From Lama glama (lineage: Eukaryota), in the NCBI GenBank assembly GCA_028534125.1, contig CM052847.1:22754001-22818000 (forward strand): DNA of 64,000 nucleotides, given 5' to 3'. Position 1 is the first letter of the stretch. Each line of letters begins with the position of its first letter. The notes under the pieces are model-generated. The model searched no databases. It saw only the letters and a program-made list of their open reading frames with translations, and was not told where the DNA came from. Made by a program: the position numbers and the translations under genes. Below, piece after piece: positions 46,505 to 57,904 of this stretch.

Positions 46505-49500
46505 GTGAGAGTTCAAGGAGGGCTGCCAGCAGGGCGGGGCCCAGGGGAGACCCTGCCGGTGAGTGGGGGGCGTCCACCGCCAACGAGCCGGGCTCCGCCC
46601 CTCCCAGCCCAGCGCTGGCAGCCGTGCTCAGGCTCTGGGGAGAGAGAGCTCCTAACCTGTGAATGGAAAGAAAGAACGTTGGCTCTGACCTAGCAGGGGT
46701 GAAGGGAGAGCCAGGGAGCAGGCTGTCTTGGAGCACCGCCAGCTCCTGGGGACGGGGCAGGGCTCCTGTCCCCCGAGGACTGCCCTGTGGGAAGGCCCTT
46801 GGTCTGGGCTGGGGCGGGGAGCCTGCAGGCAAGTGCGTGCTAGGTGACCATTTGGGCTGAGTGTCTGGCTCTGGAGGCTGGAGGAACCAGGCGCACGTGC
46901 ATCACTCCTTCTCGGTGGCTCCAGCTGAGGCAGCGGCCGGTGTCGGGGGCTCAGAGGGGATGGGGTTGGAGCCTAGCCTCACGGTCGCTTCTCGGGCCTC
47001 GCCACACAAATCCAGGTGTCTGCCTCCTCAGAGTTTACTGTCCCGACTCCAGGAACTGTCCTTGTGTCGGGAACTGACCGTACGCTGTTTGACCTCCTCA
47101 CCCTCACCACTCTCGTAACTGCTTGTTTATGCAAATCGTCTTTCCTCTTACCGTTTTGAGAACTATCTGCAGGCATCACTGATGTATCAGATGCAGAAAG
47201 TTATCTTTATTCACTTTTGACGTCAGTGGAGGAGAGAACCGTTCTACAGGTGAAAGGCACTTGGCCCAGCACAGGGTCCATGCTCAGTGCCAGGCACTCG
47301 TGAGGTATGGCTACGAGCACAGTGTCCTTACCTTGCAGCACCTCGGGTGGAATCCGCTGTTTGCCTCAGGAGGTCGTGCATCCGCTGGAGAAGTCAGCAT
47401 GCCACCTAGACTCGGCAGCTCGGGGGGTTCTGGACAGCAGATCAAACAAATGCACTAGGACAGACCCCTCACGTCGAATCACAGCCAGGAGCAATCATCC
47501 ACCCGCCCACCCGTCCTTCCATCCATCCATCATCCGTTCATTCAGTGAACGTCCCTCTGACTGGCAGGTGCAGAGCACGCGCCGGCACAGACATCGGCCT
47601 GCTCCCCACAGCTCTGCTGCCTGAGGGGCAGAGACCATAGAACAGAGAACCCCAATAGGGGCGGCTGTTTCTCCTGCCACCTCTGGCCCCCAGTCCTTCA
47701 TTTATTGTCAAATATTTACTAAACGTTCCAGGCACGAGGTCGAGGAGTTTAACCCATCATCTCCACGCATCTTGCCTTCCGACCCACCCTCAAATAACAC
47801 ACAGTCCAGGCGAAGAGGGGCGTTTGCAAAGCTAGGCCATGGTGGGGAGTCCCCGCCAGAAACCCTGCTGTCCCGCTGCCCCTGCCTGACGCCCCCGCTT
47901 CATCTCTTCCCCTCCTCGTCCTCCTTGCACAGCGTCTCCACCCATGTCTGCAGCTCAAACCACCAGTGGCCCCCAAGGAGCCCCTTGGCCCCTACCGGCA
48001 GGATGGCCCCAGGTGGCCGTGGCCTGTGTCCCGCCCCCTTTCCTGGAAGGTCCCCTCCCCGTGGGCTGTGGGTGCCCCCCTCCCCCCCGCTGTTTAGTGA
48101 GAAAGCCCTTCGTCTGGCCCCGCTGTGCTGGCCCTGCCGCGCCCGCCCCGGGAAAGGTGAAGGATGTCAGTGCGTCCCAGCCGTGAGGCCTTTCCTTTCA
48201 TGTTGTCACCATGAGCCCTCGCAGTGGAGGAGCCCGGCGGCACCACTGCTTTGTAACAGTCATTTGACCCCAGAATGCAGCACATCAGTTAAAGCCACCG
48301 CCGCTAAATTATTTCTCTCTGACAGTCCGCTAACACCCCACTGGATGATGGAGCGCGCGGAGCGGCGGGAGGGCTGCGGGCCATCCATCACCCCAGACAT
48401 GCCGACATCACACAAGGTCTGTCCTGGGCTCATTACCAGGCCGGGCGGGGCCGGGCAGGTCAGGGCTCAGGACCAGGCGCCCCCACCTCACGGCTTTATT
48501 AAATTCGAATCCTGCCGTGCGCCTGGTCTGGATTCAGGGGCTGAGCTTTCAAAAAAAGATTCCAAGGCTCCCTGTAAATTCTGCTCCGCTTTCCTCCTCC
48601 GCCCACCGCCGCCTACACGTCTACACAGTGTGCATCCCGCTCAGGCCGGTCCTGCTCCCGGGGGACCCACCTTTGCCGTTTACCTGCGCCATCAGCACCT
48701 GCTCCAGGAGGCAAGCCAGGCACCCCGGCCTAGCAGGGTGCCCAGAACGCCGTTCACACTCTCAGAAAGGGCAGGACCCACCGCTGAGCCGGGAGGACCC
48801 TGCCCGAGTCCCCCTGGGGTGGCAGCGTGCTCACGGCTGGGGCAGCCTGGGTCTCAGCCTCGGAATTTAATGTTTTCTACCCGAAGTCCTGTCTTGGTGT
48901 GCAGGAGTCTGGGTTCTGAGAGTCCCCCGCTGGGTCCTGCAGACGCAGAGACAATGTCTCTGTTTAGCACTTTGAACCGAAGGCTCCAGAGCCATCACTA
49001 GGGGTGAAAAAGTTCTAACTCGGCAGTCGCGTGGGGAGCGCGCTGGGCCCAGCCGCGGGAGATCCGGGGCCAGGCGCCTGCTCCGCCAAGTCCCGCCAGG
49101 CGTGTCAGAGGCCAGCGCTACCGGGTTCCTGGCTTCTTGGGACCTCAGCTGCAGAGCAGACCCCGGGGGCTCGCCCGTCACAGACGCCCCGTGTGAGACC
49201 TACAGGGACCGCTGCTCTCATCCAGGCCAGAAGCCGTTTTCCAGCAGTCTAGACAATTAGTTTAGACTTATTCCAGCCTCGATCCCCAAAGAGTAAGTTC
49301 TGCAAAATGACTCTCAGTAAAGGCATCAGTCACCGGCTGCGAGTTCCTCGGTACCTGATTTCCAGTTTCCTCCGCCCGGGTGCTTCTCAGAATCAGGCTG
49401 ATTCGGTCCTTCGGTTTCATGGGATCAGGTCTCTTTGGTAGAGCGACGAGGCCGTGCTGTCTCAAATCCTCTGAAACAGTGCAGGCCCGAGCGAGGGGAC

Positions 49501-49680
49501 ACTGCCAGCACCAGCTGATGACGGTGACCGCCGAGACCGGGGCTGGTGGGAGGGCTGGCCCGCGTCCTCCGACGTCCTGGATCTGGGCTGGTGAGGGACC
49601 CCTCAGTCAACGGGAAACCTGGAAGCGATAACGAGAGTGTGTAGGAGCAGAAATACTCATCACCTGGAGGCATCATTGTT

Positions 49681-49763
49681 AAAAGGGGAAAAAAGAAGAG
49701 GAAGAAGAAAGGGAGGGAGGGAGGGGGGAGGAAGGAAGGAAGGAAGGAAAGAAAGACAAAGAA
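49681..49763. repeat. Polypurine (GGAA/GGAG)n tract
   Basis: About 80 nt of almost pure A/G. Confidence 0.9.
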
Positions 49764-51589
49764 ATCACAAAATCTGCGTCTCTGTGGTCTTTATTCCCCA
49801 CTCCCGGCTTGAAAAGACTTGAATTCATAACAGCTTTCAGTTCGGCCAGAGGCTCATCTCTGGGCATTTCTGCGCGGGGAAACCGGCCAGAGAGGAGCAG
49901 GAAGTCCTGTGAAGGAGAAGAAAGAAACGGAGGAAACTTGTGGTGACACAGAAGGGAGGGGGCGGGAACACTCGCTGCTGGGTGGGACAGCCGGTTTCCT
50001 GTCTGGCTTGCGAGCTTCTCCTTCACCCTCAGTGATTCCCCTTTTGGTTTGTTTTTGACTTTTTTAAATTCCATGTCAGGCTCCAGCAGCTCAAATAGTG
50101 TCTTAAAGACTGAGAGCAATTGAGACACTTTATCCGCAAGGATAGAGGGGCCGCCTTTAAAACGAACAGCGGCTGCTCGCTTCCATCTGGGGACAGGAAT
50201 CCTTCCGGGGAGCGGCCACCCAGGCCTGTCCTCGCTCTCGCTCAGTCAGGTGTGCAGCCTGCTGGGGCGCACCTGCTCTGGCCCGGGTGACGCGGCTCTC
50301 GCCGCCGGGGGGGGGGGCAGCCCCGGCCACACACCACGGGAAGTGAGCAGTGCCTGTGGAGTTTCCACGTTTTAGGGCAAATTTGGATCAGAGCTGCCGG
50401 GCGCGACCCCGTCTCAGGAACCTGCCCCAGGATCAGCTGCAGAACAGACCAGGGGCTGCCTGTTACCGCGCTCTCAACAGCCGCACCGCGGGGCACGGGG
50501 AGCTGTGTGCACGAACCCGCTGTCCTCCGTCCAAGGCCAGGGTGACCCCCAGCCACCTCTGGCCACTTCACAGGCTGGGTTTCTGCCAACCGCCCCCTCC
50601 CCCAGCAGAGGCCGCGGGCCCCCTGCCAAACGCGAAGTGTTGATTGATGCCGCTATAATGAGTTAGCAATGGAGCGCTCCTCGGGTTTAAATGGGCTCAG
50701 ATTTACGCACACAGCTGTGGGACTCACATCACTCTGCTCTGAGATGGGCTCACACCATCCACCACGTTTCACCCAAGGCCCCCCCGAGACAGCAGTGGAC
50801 GTTCCCACGGTGTCCTCCTCTCTCCGCCCCATGGGTCCTCACTCTCCCCCCACCCCCGGCAGCTTGGGGATTCCAGAATGACCTCCGAAGGACACTTGCT
50901 GCTTTGCAGGTTCTACAGGTAGGAAGAAACTGCTCTGGATCCCAACTATTTCCTTGGAAAAGGCTGATTTCTCCCGGTTGCAGCAGGGTGCTCCTCATGG
51001 CTGCACTTTCTCAGCTGTTTTCCTGCTGGGGCTGGCAGCAGGGCGGGGCCCACCATGTCCAGGCACCTGCCCGCACAGCAGACTAGGAGAGCGGCTCTGT
51101 CCACGGAGAGAGCTGGAGGGCTGGGCTGATGGGTCTCCAGATGAGCGACACTCCCGCGTCTCTGCAGACCCTCTCTGGGCCTCGCGGCGTTGGCGGATGG
51201 GGCGGTGGGGAGGGGGTTAGACAGCACTCGCCTTCCTCCCCTGTCTCCCTTCTCCTCCTGGACCTGCACCCTCACCACCACTTTGCACTTTCCACTTCCC
51301 GTGGAAATCGTCCCGACAGGCGATCTCAGCCCTGGCTGGTTTGGTGACATTCGAGTGTAAAGAACAAGTAGAAATCTGTGCAGCGAGCATGGAGAGGTTG
51401 TGGTCAGTGAGAGCCAGGGTCAAGGGCGGCCCTTTCCTGGAAAGACTTCCACCAAATTTGTGGGAAAACAAAGAGCCTGGGATATTCATGCTTCCCTCTC
51501 AGACACAAGACTGAAATTCAGCGATTCCGGACTCATAAGAAAGTCTCTGCCTTCGTCCCTTCAGCCTGCTCCAGCAGAATTCCACAGGC

Positions 51590-51885
51590 CAGGTGGTCAG
51601 TAAGCCGCTGGAATTTGTCCTCCCGGGTCCGGAGGCTGAGAGGCCGAGACCCAGGCACCGGCAGGCCCCGCATCTGGTGAGGACCCGCCTCCTGCGTCAC
51701 GGGTGGCGGCCGCTCCCGAGCCCTCGCCTGGAGGAGCGGTGAGGCCGCTGGGCTCCCTGTGTAAGGACTCTCACCCCGGCATGGGGCTCCTCCTCGTGAC
51801 CTCTTGACCTCATCACCTCCTGGCACCATCACCTTGGGGGTTAGGATTCAACACACGGATCTGGGGGCCACTCATCAGTCTGGAG
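51590..51885 (-). mobile_element. MLT1/MST-type MaLR LTR remnant
   Basis: ggaggctgagaggccgag...catctggtgagg...catcaccttgggggttaggattcaacac. Confidence 0.65.
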
Positions 51886-54800
51886 CAACCTGTTAATCCC
51901 CAACTTTAACCAGAAAGGAGCCCAGGGGTATGTTTACGCGCCATCGTTGACATCGGAACAAATCAGCTCAAATCAGCGCCTGCCGGCTCCCGCCCCAGCC
52001 CCACGCCCGGCTGACCACTGGCCTTTCCAGTCTCATCCCCCCTTGCCGTCCTGCAGTGCGGTGTCAGGAAGCGGAGAGGGCAGGATGCCAGCAGATTAAG
52101 CAGTGGTTTGACGGTTAATGAAGAAAAGAATCTCACCATGGGTCTCTCAGCCCTGGTTTAGACCCAGCCCCTGTGAGCAGGACCAGAATCTCATCAAGGA
52201 AACCCGTGTCTCAGGAACTGATCGTGGAAGAAAGGGCTTTACTTGAATCGGTGTCACAGAACTCGGCCAGCCAGCCCAGTCTCAACCCAGAATGGGGCCG
52301 GGGGCTTCCCCCACAGCCCTGGTCAGGGAGCGGGGTTTGGGGCTCCACCCACAGCGTGGCTGCTGCGTTGTCGTGGTTGTACCCAGATGCAACGTGTACA
52401 GTGGGGCTGGGGGTGCAGGGCGCACTGGCCCTGTCTTTCCGGGGGAGCAGGCTCAGTTACCTCACTGACATCACAGCCTTCCCAGCTCGCAGGGTGGACC
52501 TCTTCGCATCCAAGAACACCACCATCTGAAGATTCTGGTTTCTTAGGCTCAGCCCTGACCCCTTGCCACGCCCCCTGCTCCCATTGTCCCACACTCAGTG
52601 GTTTCAGGAGAAGGAACGGTTCCTTGAGTGCCTTTCCATAGTGCCAAAAAAACCTTTGTTTCACAGCAGAACGCCTTCCATCGACATTCGGCCTCATGAG
52701 GGGAGGTGACTGTCCTGCGCGGGGCGGTGCTGCCGGCCTCCTGCTCCACACGTGGGAGAGGCCCCGAGGAGCATGTGTTTGGTTCCGGGTTCCCTGAGTT
52801 TAGATCAGGGGACGCAGACGTGGAGGATGTAGAATGTTCCCATCAGGAGCTCGGAGCTCCCCCCCGCCGTGACCTCAGATCCATGTGGGCGCTGCCGAGT
52901 CCCTGAGCCCTGGGGAACCAAGACGTGCCCTGCCTATTACACGTGCCGGTGGCTTTCGGTCCGGACGTGGGGGCTGGGAGAGCATGCGGAGGCTGCCCTC
53001 CGCCCAACACTGAGAAATTACAGGACTGAGTCCATGCAGACACCCCGTTGTGTCCAGTTGTTGTTAATGGCTTTAACAAGGAGTCAACCAGTCGAGATGA
53101 ACCCACTTCTTTGAGGCACAGAGTGAAATTCAGAGCGACTCTCACCTCTCTCTCTCTCACACATACACGCCCGGCGCATGCGTGACCTGCACGTTCATAT
53201 GTGTGTGTGTAAACCTGCATCTGGAGGGAAAAACAGGGTCCAGTGGGCGAGAATAGAAACCGGTCCCTTAGGGGCCCGACGCCCGCAGCACTTCTGTTTT
53301 CTGGGAGGGAGAGGGGGACGCCTCCGCCATTGAGGGCGCTTGTTTCCTTGAAGCTGCGGGTGGACGGCTGTCAGGTTGGTCCTTTGGTGTGGAGGAGAGG
53401 AGAGGGGGCAGCACTTGGCTCTTTTGTCCAGAATCATGGCACCTTCATAAGAGTGGGCTCTGGGGTGGTCACCACCTAGGAGTCCCCAGAACGCACAGTC
53501 AGACCCCACCCTCTTTGGCCGCCCTCCTGCCTCAGATGAGCGTCTCAGGCAGACGCCTCCAGCACCTGGCAGGGGCCCATCGGACTGAGACTTCCCGGAC
53601 CTGCGTCTGGAGCAAGGGTCGGAACCCCAGCTGCGGGCCTGCGCAGCTCTGGCGGCTGGGGTCCCCAGGTCCCTGGGTCCCCGCGATTGCTCCCCTACCC
53701 CACCCCACCCCGCTGTGGCGCTCTGCCTGCGTCCAGGCCCTCGTCGGTCAGGCAGCCTTCCTCCTCTCAGCACCGCCGCTCCATCTGCGTTTTGCGGCCA
53801 CATACACCCTCTTGTGGTCCGCGAGGGGGAAGAAGCCTTTCACAGAAGGACAGCAGATTCCCTCCCGCATGTCCAGCCGACCCTGACCCTCCCCACATCT
53901 CATCTGCTCGGGAGATGCACTGACACCAGAGTGGCAGCAATGGGTCCCCACCCACGTGGGCAGCTCTCCAGCCCCTGCAGTGAGGGGGCCAGACGCTTTG
54001 TAGACGCCCAGCAGCACGCTTGTGTGCTGACGCAGCGTGCATGCAGTGTGTGTGTGTGTACAGTGTGATTTACAGTGACGCCGTGTCTGCACGCCAGTCA
54101 GTCCACACTTACACAGTGTGGACACGGTGTACAATGTGCACTTACACAGTAGCCTCCCCCCCACTAACTTCCTACTGGAAGAAGTTTGGTACAATTTAAG
54201 GTTTAAAAAGTTAAGTACGTATTTAGGCCTCTGTGTCCCCAGTGCTGAGTTTTGGTGTCTCCAGATGTAGTTAACGTGCCTGCCGCTCCGTGACGCAGAG
54301 TCTGTAAGCCGTGCTCTCCAGCCCGCAGCCCCGGGGCGACGAGAGGAGGAGCCACGGCGTGTCGGGCACCGTCCTGCCTCGTGTGGTCCTAGGCGCTTTA
54401 CTGAGCGTTACAGCTCTCGGAGGTGGCACCACTGGTGCTCCACTCAGACCCTGGTCCCCCGACCCCCCGCGGCCCCGGGGGCTTGTAGATTTCAGGATGG
54501 CGTGGCTTCGGCCACGTACTGTGCAAGTCTCAGAGGCCCTGGGGGGCCCCACTCACCCCGCAGGGTCTTCTTGAAGGAGATTGGAGCTCTGCTCCTCCAG
54601 GCCCATGTGGGGAACCCACACCCTGACCCCCAGGCCCCCTTCTGAGGAAGCTTGTCCCTGGAGCAGGCCATGGTGGTCCCTCGAGAACCTCTCTCTCTTC
54701 CTTCCATCTTACTTCTCAGGGGCCCTAACCCCACCCTGTTCCCACGTTTATGATCCTGGTGCACACGCGTGATGGGGGAGGAAACTCACACGAGTGCCGC

Positions 54801-57210
54801 GTCAGCAACCCTTTACGCGGGGCGTGCCACGTGCAGGCGGAGGTGCCCCCGGGTCCAGCCGCCGTCCTGCGGCCTTTCCACCCAAGTGGTTGCCCCTCGG
54901 GCAGGTGGCAGGTGGCAAGGCCTCCCACCCTGGTCGGGGAGGTGAGCGCAGCCCCAGGTGGAGAGGGCTGGCTCTGCCTGTAAAGCAGGTTGGTGATAAA
55001 AGTGTCACTGCACGGAGTGGGGTCGGTGGAGTGGTCAGTACCTGTGACGTGTGTACACGCACCTGCCACAAGGCGGTCTGTCCTCCTCGTCCCAGGACGC
55101 CGTGTCGGGCAGCACGGGTGGGCAGACGTGCCGCGGCATGGTTAGTTGGCAGGACGCTCGGTCCCACTAGAGGAGGGGAGGGACTCCTAAAACACCGGGC
55201 TGGCTCAGGCTGGCTGGGTGGGGACCAGCCAGGACCCCCTGGGTGGCACTGACAGGCCCTCGGGCTCCAGACGCCCATGTGCCCACCCGACCCACGACCC
55301 CGGCTCACCACGCAGCACTGATGCCGCTCTGTGTGGCCGGCAGCTTGGGCAAAGCCAGAGCTTTGCTCCTCACTGCCATCAGGATCCGGCTTCCCGGACC
55401 AGGGAGGAGCTGACGGCCCGGAAGGAGGCGCCCTGGGAGCCGTGTGCGGGCAGGGACATGCGCTTATCTCGGGGGTGTCCGGGCAGGGGCCAGGGAACCC
55501 TCTGGTCCTCTGCCTTCTGCTCCAGGCAGCTGAGCGTCTCTGTGAGGATCGGAGGTCAGCTGAACGTCAGCCCTGTTTAAACACATGGCGTCTGAGGGGA
55601 CACGTATCCCCCCACCCCCGGCACCTCCCGGAGGAGCGAGGGCAGCATGTCCACCCTCGTCCCTGAGGATCAGCTCCCCCTCCCTCGGCTGCAGTTTTAA
55701 GTCAAGTGCAGTGACTACGGGTTCTCCCCGCTGGAGGGGGACCTGTGTTCACGGTGTCACTGTCCTTCATGTCGCAGGAGAGGGGAGTCCCTCTCCACCT
55801 GGGCAGAGATGTGCTCACGTTCCCAGACCTCCATCGCCCCTCCCCCTGCACGCTAGAGCCTAACGGAGCTCAGAAAGGGGAACAACAGTTTGTGACAACA
55901 GCACGATTAAACTAGTTTAAAATGTGTTTCTCTGAATTAATGCACTCAGGGGACTTAGGAGGTCACTCAAGTACTCGAAATTACAAGCCCACAGAACAGT
56001 AATCACCACACAGACAGCAAGCACGAGAGGCTTTTTTTAAATCCAGGGCATTTTCCCCGAGGTCGTGATTAAAATAAATCGGTGATCAAAGCTGCTTCCA
56101 CGGGCAGGGGCGTCTCTCTGTGTCCTGCCCGTGTTCCCGCGAGGAGAGGTACTCAGCAAAGGAGTCTGGTTGCCTGGCTTGGGGTAGAGGTTTCAGTCTG
56201 TTACCAAAGCAGAGAATTCCGAGAGCACGTGCTTCCATCAAGCGCTCGCGTTGCCCTGCGGCCTCTGTGGGTGTGGGCTTCAACACCCAGAAACGAATCT
56301 GCAGCGACCGGGCCGGCGGAGGTGGAGTGGGGCACCGAGGGCTTCCCGCGGCATGGCTTCCTGGCAGCTCTCGGTCACGGGCCCGGCGGCCCGGCCACCC
56401 GAGGCCGTGGGTCAGGGCCCCAGAGCCAGGACTGGCCCCAGGGGAACAAGCGGCTGTCATGGCGGCCGGGCTGTGAAGTGGGGGTGGGTGAATTCTGATG
56501 GAACTCAGGAGGGAAGCCTTCATGGAGGAGGGGACAGCAGGAGGAGGGCAGGGGGCAGACCATCGCAGCCGGGGAGCTGTTTGCCACATGCGGCTGGGAG
56601 GGGCAGGCAGCAGGCGGGGGCGGTTCCCGAGAACGCAGGCTGCGGGATCACACGCCAAAGTGGCAGCGATGGGACGGGGGGGGGGGGGGGCCGTGGCCAG
56701 AAACTCCAGGTTTGGTTTTGACGTGGGACGACCGGGAGGATTTCTCCTGCCACCGAGCCACACTGGGGCCAGCGAGCCAGCCCCCACCTTCACAGCTGGG
56801 TGTCCCTGGCAGCTCACTCAAGCCTCTGGTGTCCTTGTCTGTACTGTGGGTGACCGCGTTCCCCCTGGCACGAGGGCGGCGTCGCCGACCGAAGGAGCTG
56901 CCTGGGGCGCCCCCGAGGCTGAGAGTGTGAGACTGAGACTCGAGGAACCAGGCACCTATGGACGTGCATGTTGATGTGACCTTGGGGCCGGTGGGGGGGT
57001 TCAGGGCGCTTGGGTCTGGGGTGTGAGGGGGGCCTCCCCCCGGCTGTGGTCACCGTCCAACTGTGAGCAGCCATGAGTGACTCACCTGTGTGCCTTCTTG
57101 ACCCAACCCTCAGTCTGGCTGGTCTCTTGCCCCAGAAAGGGTCACGGGGGAGTGGGGAATGGAACTTGAAAGCGCAGCGGGGCCGGACAGGGAGGGCCCC
57201 GGGGAGCCCT

Positions 57211-57904
57211 TGCGTCAGCAAGCTCAGGTCCAGCTGTTCGCCACTCTGAAGCCTGTGCTCTCGAGGCAAGTGTTGGTAGAAAGGAAAGGCTGCTTTATTC
57301 AGGAGGCCAGCAACCTGGGGAGAAGTGGCTTCCTGTCCCAAAAAGCCAGCTCCCCACTGCGGATGGAGGGGCAAGAGCCCTTTACAGGGGAGTCTCAGGG
57401 GTGCACAGGCGCAGGAGGGGCCACGTGTGAGCAGCATGGTCAGCGCCGACAGTCCTCCTGAAACTGGTCACTGGCCGGTCTTGACCTTGATTGTGCTCAG
57501 TGCAGTTAATCTCCAGGCCCAGGATGGGTCTGTTCCCGTCTCTTTGAGGCCAGTTCTCGGAACTGTGCCAGCTTCTGTCCCGGCTACAGTCTGGTCATTG
57601 TGGAGCTAACGTCTCCTCCTGGAGGGAGGTGTGTGGCTTCAGCTTCTGCAAAACAGCTCAAGGACGTGGCTCAGAATATTGTCAGTAGCCCCTGAGGAGG
57701 AACTAAAGGTCCGTGACCTTGTCTAATGGCTAAACTATTAGTGTTTCTTTTGCTTGACTGTTTTCCTGTGCTTCTGAATTTTTTCACTTCTCTGATTAAA
57801 CTTATTCTTTGGCTAAAGTTTTTGTGCAGACAACTGGCAGGCGGGGAACATGGGGGTGTGGGGATCTGTCCCAGGAAGGCCCCATCGGGTCCTGCTCTGT
57901 TGCA
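57211..57904. mobile_element. ERV1-type solo LTR (~690 bp)
   Basis: TG...CA ends and LTR-like text (aaggaaaggctgctttattcaggaggcc, cttctgcaaaacagctcaagga, ccctgaggaggaactaaaggtc, tctgattaaacttattc). No clean TSD. Orientation ambiguous, probably minus. Confidence 0.6.

Noticed and set aside
45557-46516. Long antisense ORFs (319 aa and 293 aa) over exon 3
   Set aside because: Shadow frames expected from the very high GC3 of the ADARB2 exon, with no recognisable domains.
45548-46693. 381-aa ORF read as a single-exon gene or a retained-intron isoform
   Set aside because: ADAR3 similarity starts and stops exactly at canonical splice sites (45630 and 46504). The flanks are intronic read-through, and no AATAAA was seen near the stop at 46693.
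47772-49001. 409-aa ORF, the longest in the track
   Set aside because: TTG start, Pro/Ser/Arg/Gly-rich composition typical of GC-rich non-coding DNA, and no domain similarity. It is not an ADARB2 exon.
54102-54124. Perfect 9-bp hairpin GTCCACACT-N5-AGTGTGGAC
   Set aside because: Lies in low-complexity CA/TG-rich sequence where such stems arise by chance, and is too short for a pre-miRNA.
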